Shown piece by piece: positions 16,771-24,856 of a stretch of 64,000 nucleotides of DNA. Each line of letters starts with the position of its first letter. Position 1 is the stretch's first letter. The position numbers and the translations under genes were made by a program. The notes beneath the pieces were generated by a model. The model was not told the DNA's origin and searched no databases. It worked only from the letters and a program-made list of their open reading frames with translations. The stretch is from Candidatus Cloacimonadales bacterium. GTDB taxonomy: Bacteria > Cloacimonadota > Cloacimonadia > Cloacimonadales > JAFGVF01. The stretch lies in NCBI GenBank assembly GCA_963662585.1, contig OY759729.1, forward strand, positions 64,001-128,000, in the 5' to 3' direction.

Positions 16771-19302
16771 ATGAAAAAATATATTCTGTTTATAGTGTTA
16801 GTTTTCTTTCTTGTTAACTTATTTTCTTATCATAGCATTTTAGATTGGCGTTATATAAAAGATGATAGATTTATTGTCTATTATCCTCAAGGTCAATATC
16901 TGTATGCAAAATATTCTCTAAACTCTCTTAAAGAGTATGCTGGAGAAGTAGATAACATTACTGGAAATGATAGAAAACAGAAGCTAAATATCATTCTGCA
17001 AGATACAGGGGAGTTCTATAATGGTTCAGCACGTCCTATTGAAAATAAACTCAAGTTATTTTTAAACACTCCTAGTACTCATGGTTCTTTTACTTCCCAA
17101 GAGTGGTTAAACATGCTAGTTATTCATGAATATACACATCATTCACATTTAACTAACGCTAAGAAATATCCTCTTCTCTTCTCTAAAATATTTGGTAATG
17201 TATTTTCCCCAAACCTCTATTCTCCTATGTGGATTGTTGAAGGAATCACTGTAAGGAATGAATCGAATTTTTCACCCTACATGGGAAGATTGAATAATGG
17301 TTATTACACAGAGATTTTAAATGCTCAACTCCGAGAAGGTAACTTTCAAAACCATATTAGTGCTAATTATTATCTAGAAGATTATCCTTTAGGGAATTAT
17401 TATGTCTATGGTGGAGCATTTGTTAAATGGTTGGGTGATCAATATGGTGAAGAGAAACTAACAGAGTTCTTTAACTATTATGGTTCAGATTTTAGAAATG
17501 TTCTAGTTAGTTCACTCTTTCCAAAATATACACTAGACAAAGCTGCTAAAAGAGTTTTTGGTAAGAGGTTCCCACAATTATTCGCTCAATGGAAAAAGTA
17601 TCTTGAGATTAGTGCAGATTTTGATAAAGATCTTCAAACAAGAAATATTCCTCATAACTGGGATAATACCCTACTGGTAAATAATATTACTTCAGACAAT
17701 AAGCATAACATCTATTTCTTTGAAACTGCCAAGTACTTTAACCATTATAGAAATAATATTATCAGATTTAATATTGAAGATGCTTCTGATGATATTATCT
17801 ATTCCAGTAATTCTAACCTTTCAGCTAATTTAGAGATTGTTGGAAATACTCTCTACTTTGCTGAAGAAGAAGGAGAGTTTACTGGTAATAATTTAGTCTT
17901 TGGTGGTTATTCAGGGACTTCTGTCTTGAAGAAGCTCAATTTAGCTGATAACTTCTCTAGCTCGATTATTTTAAGTAAAGCTTTTAAAGATTTTACAGTA
18001 GCCGAAAATGGAGTCATCTTTTACACTACAGAAGATATCAATACAATGACTTCTTCCCTTTTTAAATACACTAATAATCACCATTCCTTAGTAAAAAACT
18101 TTCCATTCTTGCTCAGTGAACTAGTTTATTCAAATAATAAGATTTACTGTACTTACAAATATACTAATTCATCTTGGGATATTGGAGAAATTTCTTTGGA
18201 TAATTATACCTTATCTCCTGTAATCTCCACCTATTCTCAAGAGAAAAACATTCATGTTTATAATAATAATCTACTCTTCACTTCTAATCAAGGAAATAAA
18301 TCTCAAGCTTATAAAATAAATTTAATTAGCAAAAAACTAAGCAAGATTAGTAATAACTTTTATGCTGATATGCCTAAGATTATAGCTGATAAATTGTATT
18401 ACAAGAGTATTTCAGGTAAGGGCGAAAGAGTGTCTATCGACGAACTAGTTGATTTGAAAGCTGACTTAGAACTTGTAGAAGACCCAAGATTGATTACACT
18501 TATGGATGATGATTATCAGGAAGAAGTAGCTTTAGGGGAATCATTTAAACAACTATTAATTCCCTTTGTTCGATATCCCTTAGGAATATTAAGTAGTGAT
18601 GGAATTGGATTCTTTGATGTCTCCATGGATTGGTTTATTACTGATGAAGGTGGATACTTTGGAGCTGATATCTCCACTCGCATCTTCTCGCCTCTTATTT
18701 TAAAATACTCTTTGAGCAATCAAGATGATAACTATTTAAGTGCTCAACTAAGAATCTACTACTCCCAAATTAACTGGCTGAATAGTGTAGATGTTATAGG
18801 AACGACAGATTTTGATGATAGCAATTTACTGGGAAACCAGATTATGTTTAGAAAATTCAATTCGACTTTCACAAATTATCATCTTTATGATCTTGAAGCT
18901 AGAGGCTTTACTAATAATGCCATTCTGACACACAACTTTAAAAAAGCACAACTCAGTCTTCTCTTTAATAGAGTCTATGATTATGATAAATCTCCCAACT
19001 TCTCCGAGCATACTATTCATTCAGGAAATAGCACTTACAATGATTATGGTTGTCAAGTAGATTTTAATATCTTTAAAGTTAGAGATGGTTTCTGGACTCC
19101 TAATATAGCCATGAAAGATATCGACCTTAGTCTTGGCCTTTTCCAAAATGATTATGAGTCTGATAAAAATATTACTTATGCTAAAGTTTCTGCCAAAACT
19201 GATGTTTTCACTGCTAATGCCCTTCAATTTAGAATTGAAACAGGTGCCTATTTCAATAATAAGAATTTTATGCCGATGATTAGAATTGGAAGTGATTTTT
19301 AG
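16771..19302 (+). CDS. secreted/outer-membrane protein: zinc metallopeptidase (HExxH) plus beta-propeller-like and beta-barrel-like regions
   Basis: Signal peptide; HEYTH...PMWIVEG gluzincin motif; YVYG; C-terminal alternating strand ending in Phe (IRIGSDF). Confidence 0.7.
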   Translation: MKKYILFIVLVFFLVNLFSYHSILDWRYIKDDRFIVYYPQGQYLYAKYSLNSLKEYAGEVDNITGNDRKQKLNIILQDTGEFYNGSARPIENKLKLFLNTPSTHGSFTSQEWLNMLVIHEYTHHSHLTNAKKYPLLFSKIFGNVFSPNLYSPMWIVEGITVRNESNFSPYMGRLNNGYYTEILNAQLREGNFQNHISANYYLEDYPLGNYYVYGGAFVKWLGDQYGEEKLTEFFNYYGSDFRNVLVSSLFPKYTLDKAAKRVFGKRFPQLFAQWKKYLEISADFDKDLQTRNIPHNWDNTLLVNNITSDNKHNIYFFETAKYFNHYRNNIIRFNIEDASDDIIYSSNSNLSANLEIVGNTLYFAEEEGEFTGNNLVFGGYSGTSVLKKLNLADNFSSSIILSKAFKDFTVAENGVIFYTTEDINTMTSSLFKYTNNHHSLVKNFPFLLSELVYSNNKIYCTYKYTNSSWDIGEISLDNYTLSPVISTYSQEKNIHVYNNNLLFTSNQGNKSQAYKINLISKKLSKISNNFYADMPKIIADKLYYKSISGKGERVSIDELVDLKADLELVEDPRLITLMDDDYQEEVALGESFKQLLIPFVRYPLGILSSDGIGFFDVSMDWFITDEGGYFGADISTRIFSPLILKYSLSNQDDNYLSAQLRIYYSQINWLNSVDVIGTTDFDDSNLLGNQIMFRKFNSTFTNYHLYDLEARGFTNNAILTHNFKKAQLSLLFNRVYDYDKSPNFSEHTIHSGNSTYNDYGCQVDFNIFKVRDGFWTPNIAMKDIDLSLGLFQNDYESDKNITYAKVSAKTDVFTANALQFRIETGAYFNNKNFMPMIRIGSDF

Positions 19303-19332
19303 ATCACTTTGAACTGGGAGGCATCTTCCTAT

Positions 19333-19569
19333 CTGGGGTTAACGGACCTTTAGTCCGTGAATGAATTTCTCTTATCTGGGGTTACGGACCTTTAGTCCGT
19401 GATATTTTAATTAATCTTCAATTTCCTTTGGGGGAAATCGAAGATTCGCGGACTAAAGGTCCGCAACCCCAGTTACTTCGCGGACTAAAAGTCCGCAACC
19501 CCAGTTACTTTCGCGGACTAAAGGTCCGCAACCCCAGTTACTTCGCGGACTAAAGGTCCGCAACCCCTG
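19333..19569. repeat. REP cluster/REPIN, left: 2 forward REPs, a spacer hairpin and 4 reverse REPs
   Basis: CTGGGGTTACGGACCTTTAGTCCGTGA at 19333 and 19376; TCGCGGACTAAAGGTCCGCAACCCCWG at 19446, 19478, 19511 and 19543. Confidence 0.93.
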
Positions 19570-20118
19570 TTATTTCTTCTTCCCATTATTTCGGATATAT
19601 TCCACAACCCTTTCAAAATGTTGATCATTTCTGATATATCTATCAAAATAATCATCCATCCAGAATTTCCCTTTTCTATTCAAGTAACGATTTGCTTTTA
19701 GTGCCGTATATGACTTCCAGACTCTCACAATACTACTAATACTCTCTCCCTCATAAGGCTTAATCAATACATGAACATGATTTGGCATAACAATAAATTC
19801 AATTAAATCATATCTTCTTTTATCATAGTATTTAAGACTATCTTCAACTATTTTTTTAACAGCTGGTATTTTCAAATAACACTCGCCATAACCATTATCC
19901 TCATATTTACAGATATTTTGATATAAAATCTTGTATTCATTCTTTTTAAGGTCAGTATTATCAGCTATCTTTTCTTTCCAATACTCAATTATTTCTTTTG
20001 TTACCGAATCATATAGCCTAAAAGTAATAAACTGAAAAACAGAATCATCATCATAATGAGGAAAATTACCTCTCTTATACCAACCTTTGATCTCATCCTC
20101 TTCTAAGAAATAACACAT
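19570..20118 (-). CDS. REP-associated tyrosine transposase (RAYT/TnpA-REP, Y1 HUH family)
   Basis: PHYD..FITFRL, HUH motif MPNHVHVL, WKSYTA, FW..YFDRYIR and the catalytic-Tyr region EYIRNN; GAGGAG RBS. Confidence 0.92.
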   Translation of the reverse strand: MCYFLEEDEIKGWYKRGNFPHYDDDSVFQFITFRLYDSVTKEIIEYWKEKIADNTDLKKNEYKILYQNICKYEDNGYGECYLKIPAVKKIVEDSLKYYDKRRYDLIEFIVMPNHVHVLIKPYEGESISSIVRVWKSYTALKANRYLNRKGKFWMDDYFDRYIRNDQHFERVVEYIRNNGKKK

Positions 20119-20143
20119 ATAAGCTCCTCAATATTCCCCTTAA

Positions 20144-20316
20144 CTGGGGTTACGGACCTTTAGTCCGTGAATGAATTCCTCTTATCTGGGGTTACGGACC
20201 TTTAGTCCGTGATATTTTAATTAATCTTCAATTTCCTTTGGGGAAATCGAAGATTCGCGGACTAAAGGTCCGCAACCCCTGTTACTTCGCGGACTAAAGG
20301 TCCGCAACCCCAGTTA
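20144..20316. repeat. REP cluster/REPIN, right: 2 forward REPs, a spacer hairpin and 2 reverse REPs
   Basis: REPs at 20144, 20186, 20255 and 20287; near-identical direct copy of 19333-19507. Confidence 0.93.
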
Positions 20317-20607
20317 ACCCCTGTTAATCCCGGTTATATAACAACCTTATCCATCAAATCCAGGTAGTTAGTAATCACATCATATTTATATTAACTATAA
20401 AAAGCTTCTATTAGTCAAGTTTTTTTTGTGTCATAATGGCTCTTTACTATTGAGCATAAAGCTATTACTAACTCCACTTCCCTTCCACCTTCTCACTCTG
20501 CTCAATTAAAACTTGTTTTTAATTTGAGTTGTATAAGATTTAGTAGGGGAAGATGGGTAAAAGTGGAATAAAAAAAAAGTATATATCTCCTTCATAGACA
20601 GAAAATT

Positions 20608-20634
20608 GTAGAGGGCGAATAATTATTCGCCCTC
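20608..20634. repeat. GTAG-type REP-like perfect palindrome
   Basis: GTA followed by GAGGGCGAATAATTATTCGCCCTC, a 24-nt perfect palindrome. Confidence 0.65.
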
Positions 20635-20709
20635 AAAGAAGAAAGACCCAGTCTGCTTCACAGTCACCCCTCTTGAAAACATTGTGAAAGAAATGAAGAG
20701 GGGAGTTTT

Positions 20710-21405
20710 TTAAATCCCTTTATAGATTAATTTCTGTTCCCAAGGTTTATTGAGGAAATATTTCAAAATAATTCTGTTTTTATCATTAAGACTATCAGGA
20801 ATAGAGTCTTGGAATTTTTCTAAAACAAGATACTTATTGAAAGGTAATTTTAATTCATCAGCTACAAGTTGAATTGTATCGATTCCTGATTTTACTACTT
20901 GTGAATCAGTAAATTCCATAAGATTAGCATTACAGATTAACTCAGTTACTTTGAGGGTAGAAAGTGATTCAATCATTTCCATCATCTGTTTAATCTCAGC
21001 AGGATTACTAGTAAAAGGTCTATTAGTATTAACTACAAAGTGTAATTCATAACCTCTTTTTTTAATCTCAGGCACGAATCTACCAAGAGTTCTAGCACCA
21101 GCTGGATCACCACCAACATCTAGAATCACAGTTCTATCTGTTTTCATAATCATACCTCTTACTCGAGGTGAAATCATTGGTAAATCAGCGTGTTTAAATT
21201 CTCCTTCAGGAGCAACAACTTGAATCCCAATTTCTTCAAACTGTTCCCTGACATCTCTACTTCTGAAATAAGGATTCACTACATCCATATCACACAAAAC
21301 GATATCGCGGTCTTGGTCATTTAAGTCTTTAGCTAAGTTTATGGCATATTCACTTTTACCAGAGCCATAAGCTCCGATAACAATAATTAATTTATGTTCA
21401 GTCAT
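20710..21405 (-). CDS. P-loop NTPase (MinD/CobQ-like) of unknown function
   Basis: GAYGSGKSE, DMDVVNPYFRSR and DVGGD motifs. Confidence 0.8.
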   Translation of the reverse strand: MTEHKLIIVIGAYGSGKSEYAINLAKDLNDQDRDIVLCDMDVVNPYFRSRDVREQFEEIGIQVVAPEGEFKHADLPMISPRVRGMIMKTDRTVILDVGGDPAGARTLGRFVPEIKKRGYELHFVVNTNRPFTSNPAEIKQMMEMIESLSTLKVTELICNANLMEFTDSQVVKSGIDTIQLVADELKLPFNKYLVLEKFQDSIPDSLNDKNRIILKYFLNKPWEQKLIYKGI

Positions 21406-21456
21406 TATTAAATCTCCTATGTTATTATATATTTATAAAGAATATAATATTTTAAG

Positions 21457-22113
21457 CTAGAAAAGCAAAGAATCTAATTCAGAATAGTTATTCACAAAGG
21501 CATCAGCATTTTGCATTAAGAGCGACTTGTCCTTTTTAGAATAATCATTATAGATAGCTATAACCTTCATTCCTGCATTCTTGGCAGCTTCAACACCGTG
21601 TAAGGTGTCTTCTATAACTAAGCAGTGCTGAGGGGCTATATCTAGCTCTTGGGCTACAGTAAGATAGATATCAGGAAATGGTTTACCTCTCTGAATCTTA
21701 CAGCCTGTAACTACACTTTGGAAGTTATTAAAAATTTGATTATATTGCAGAGTTGCTTGAGTAAGAACTTCTGAATTACTTGTACCAATTCCTAAGCGAA
21801 GTCCTTTGTTGATTAACTTGATTAGAAGCTCATCAGCCCCCTTTATTAATCCCAAAGTAGAATAAAAATCATAGACCATAGAATTCCATTCGGCAATAAT
21901 ATCTTCGGTTGAATCTGCTAAATCAAACTTATCTTTAAAATAGATAGCCATAGGAAGAAGTCCATCACCTGAAGGTAAATCTGAAAAAAGATCATCGGGA
22001 ACTTCCTTACCTCTCTTTTTTAAGAAATCAATATCTACTTGATCCCAGACATGCATTGAGTCTATTAAAGTTCCATCTAAATCAAAAATTACAGCTTTGA
22101 TATCTTCTAACAT
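21457..22113 (-). CDS. HAD-family phosphatase (subfamily IA, beta-PGM-like)
   Basis: FDLDGTLIDS, GTS, KPFPD and IEDT..G motifs. Confidence 0.9.
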   Translation of the reverse strand: MLEDIKAVIFDLDGTLIDSMHVWDQVDIDFLKKRGKEVPDDLFSDLPSGDGLLPMAIYFKDKFDLADSTEDIIAEWNSMVYDFYSTLGLIKGADELLIKLINKGLRLGIGTSNSEVLTQATLQYNQIFNNFQSVVTGCKIQRGKPFPDIYLTVAQELDIAPQHCLVIEDTLHGVEAAKNAGMKVIAIYNDYSKKDKSLLMQNADAFVNNYSELDSLLF

Positions 22114-22116
22114 AAT

Positions 22117-23094
22117 CTATAAAACACTCTGGTTAAAGAACTTTTTTACCATTTCAGCAGATTGATATTTGCCAAAGAGAGCCATAAGTTTGATTCTAGC
22201 TTTAGGTCCTTGCAGGTCTCCTCCTAGAATACATCCTATTTCTTGGAGACTTTTCCCTCCCCCATCATAGCCGTATTCAGGTAGAACTCTTCCGGTAATA
22301 GTTCTAGAAACTATCACTACCAGTACTCCAGCATCTATAGCTAGCTTAAGGGCTGGTAGTAGTTCTTGAGGCAGATTTCCTCTTCCGAAAGCCTCTATAA
22401 CAAGAGCTTTAGAACCTTTGGCGATTGACGCATTAATATAAGTATCATCCATTCCTGCTACTGCCTTAATAAGGTCAACTTTAGGTTCTATAAGATTAGT
22501 CCATACTGATTCTCTAAGATAGTTATTTCTATGATAAATAACCATATCAGGGTCAATAGTTCCAATAGGACCATACTTAGGTGATCTAAAGGCATCAACA
22601 GTACCTGAATCAAATTTAAGGACATCACGAGCGGTATGAATATCATCATTCATTACCACAAGTACGCCTTTATCAACAGTTTCAGGATGACTAGCAACAC
22701 GAACAGAGTCGATAATATTGCGTGGACCATCCAAGCCTAATTCTGAGCCAGAACGCATGGCAGCGGTCAAGACAATAGGTTTTCTAGAAGTAGTTACCAA
22801 ATCTAAGAAATAGGCTGTTTCTTCTAAAGTATCAGTGCCATGAGTAATTACTACTCCATCGTAATCCAAGAGATAGCTATCTACTTTTTGAGCTAAATCC
22901 ATCATGATTTTTGGGGTCATGTAGGGACTTGGTAAATTAGAGTATTCAATTACTTCAATATTTGATATTTCATTTAATTGGGGAAATGAGTTCAAAAATT
23001 CCACAAACTCAGAAGTAGGAACAACCCCTAAGTCTTGCGACTTTTTCATACCGATAGTTCCCCCGGTAGTTAATATTAATATATTCTTCTTCAT
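22117..23094 (-). CDS. L-asparaginase (cytoplasmic)
   Basis: TTGGTI and HGTDTLEETA motifs. Confidence 0.93.
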   Translation of the reverse strand: MKKNILILTTGGTIGMKKSQDLGVVPTSEFVEFLNSFPQLNEISNIEVIEYSNLPSPYMTPKIMMDLAQKVDSYLLDYDGVVITHGTDTLEETAYFLDLVTTSRKPIVLTAAMRSGSELGLDGPRNIIDSVRVASHPETVDKGVLVVMNDDIHTARDVLKFDSGTVDAFRSPKYGPIGTIDPDMVIYHRNNYLRESVWTNLIEPKVDLIKAVAGMDDTYINASIAKGSKALVIEAFGRGNLPQELLPALKLAIDAGVLVVIVSRTITGRVLPEYGYDGGGKSLQEIGCILGGDLQGPKARIKLMALFGKYQSAEMVKKFFNQSVL

Positions 23095-24839
23095 TAATTA
23101 GTTCCTTTATAAAAATCTTTCATACTAAACCATTTCTTTACTTTAGCATTTTTAATTTCATCTTTTAGCCAAGTATTAAAATAATTTCTTAAGTCATCGT
23201 TGCGATATTCACCTTGGATAAGATAATAATTATTTTTAAAGAATGTTTTATCTGCTTTATTTTTCTTTAATAAAATTGCAATATATCCTGTAGATCCTTC
23301 TCTAATGCAGTTAGTGTAATCACCTCTGGAAGATAAGGAGAGGATGTCTAAGTTAAATTCTAAATTCTCTTCTTGTGTTAGTTTAGAATCTTTTCCTACT
23401 TTTTCAATCACAGCATAGTTAACATCAGTAAGTTCCTCAGGATTAATATCTTTATAATTATCTGCTAAACTTCTTAGTCGTTTAGAGACATAGTCAAATT
23501 GCTTTTGTAGGAGAATCTCATTTTGGATATCAACAAAGAGAGAATCTAAATCTTTCTTTTTGTTAAGTCTATTCTGAACAATTTGGATCATTACTAAGAA
23601 TCTCTCACCTTTATTATAAATTGGGGCATAGATGTAACCATCAGGTTTATTATAAGCATCATTAATTAAATCTGTAAGATCCCCAAGTTCTTCGACAAAA
23701 ACTCTCTGTCTGTTTAAGTTATTAGCAGAATAGATTTTCCAGCCATATTCTTCCGCAGCATTTTCAATACCGATTTGCTTGATTAATCCATCAATTTGTC
23801 TGAATTCTTCTCTTCTTTGCAGAATAGTTTTTTGGGTAATTTGCACTGGATGCTTAAGTTCTTGAAGTTTAACCATAGTCTTAGTTTTTTCTAGAACTTT
23901 ATAGATATACCAAACATTGTTTTTGCTTACAGGAGTTATAACCTCTCCTATTTGGGCAGTAGCAACTAAGTTTCTAATTATCTCTGGGACATTTTCTAGT
24001 TTCATGAAAGGCATTTTTCCGAGAGGATAGGATTTTAAATTTGATGAAAACTCTCTGACTGCACTATCGAAATCACTACCTTGAGACAAGACAAAATAAA
24101 GTGAGTCAATAGTTGATTTAGTATCAGCAATTTCTTTTTTAGTTGGCTTAATATCTTGGATAATATACTTAATTGATAAGGAAGGATCATAATAATACTT
24201 ACTCTTATCATTTTCCCAGCGTAGTTCCACTTCTTTGTTAGTAACTGTGGGCTGAGTGCTATTTAAATCCATACTAAGCAAAATTACATCAGCAGTGGCA
24301 TAGTTTAGTTGATAGTATTTCTCAACATCAGAGCGGGATATATCGGCATTTTTTACTAATTGTTGTTGAATCTTCTGCATTGTGATACTCTGATAAGAGT
24401 TATATTTAATAATATCAGTATTAACTGGCTCATTTGTAAGAATAGAAGATCTATATTTATCTAGATCAAAATTACCTTTAGCACTAAAATAGCCTGATTC
24501 AGTAACAGCTTTAGGAGGGTTATTTAGTAAGCTATCGTTAACTTCTTCTTGAGTAACCTCAAGATTATTTTCTGTAATAAACTGATTAATAATAACCGAT
24601 CTAGTAATTCCTTGCCAAGTCTGTTCTTCTAAACGATCAATTTCTTTATCTGTAGCTTTGTAGTTGTTATTACCCTTAGTTAAATCTTTGTAATTATACA
24701 AAAAGCTTGTTGTGTAAATTGGTCTTTCAATTAATTGACCATTAATTTCACCTGCATATTGTTCATCTTTATCATTGTTGTTTAATGAACAACCCATTAA
24801 AATCAGTAACAGCCCTGTTATAATCAGAACTTTTTTCAT
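23094..24839 (-). CDS. SurA/PpiD-like periplasmic chaperone / peptidyl-prolyl isomerase lipoprotein
   Basis: Lipobox-like LMGC; GNFDLDKY SurA-N-like segment; degenerate parvulin domain (FDSAVREFS). Confidence 0.7.
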   Translation of the reverse strand: MKKVLIITGLLLILMGCSLNNNDKDEQYAGEINGQLIERPIYTTSFLYNYKDLTKGNNNYKATDKEIDRLEEQTWQGITRSVIINQFITENNLEVTQEEVNDSLLNNPPKAVTESGYFSAKGNFDLDKYRSSILTNEPVNTDIIKYNSYQSITMQKIQQQLVKNADISRSDVEKYYQLNYATADVILLSMDLNSTQPTVTNKEVELRWENDKSKYYYDPSLSIKYIIQDIKPTKKEIADTKSTIDSLYFVLSQGSDFDSAVREFSSNLKSYPLGKMPFMKLENVPEIIRNLVATAQIGEVITPVSKNNVWYIYKVLEKTKTMVKLQELKHPVQITQKTILQRREEFRQIDGLIKQIGIENAAEEYGWKIYSANNLNRQRVFVEELGDLTDLINDAYNKPDGYIYAPIYNKGERFLVMIQIVQNRLNKKKDLDSLFVDIQNEILLQKQFDYVSKRLRSLADNYKDINPEELTDVNYAVIEKVGKDSKLTQEENLEFNLDILSLSSRGDYTNCIREGSTGYIAILLKKNKADKTFFKNNYYLIQGEYRNDDLRNYFNTWLKDEIKNAKVKKWFSMKDFYKGTN

Positions 24840-24856
24840 ATTGACCCCTATTATTA

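Larger units (their letters stand above)
19333..20316. mobile_element. REPtron: RAYT gene flanked by REP clusters
   Basis: Y1 HUH transposase gene with 10 palindromic REPs on both sides, lying between convergent genes. Confidence 0.85.

Noticed and set aside
19333..19569. CRISPR array
   Set aside because: The repeats occur in both orientations, the linkers are short and nearly constant rather than unique spacers, and there are no cas genes. The adjacent RAYT explains them as REPs.
19570..20118. IS200/IS605 insertion sequence with TnpB/IscB
   Set aside because: There is no tnpB or iscB, and the multiple REP copies and protein motifs fit RAYT.
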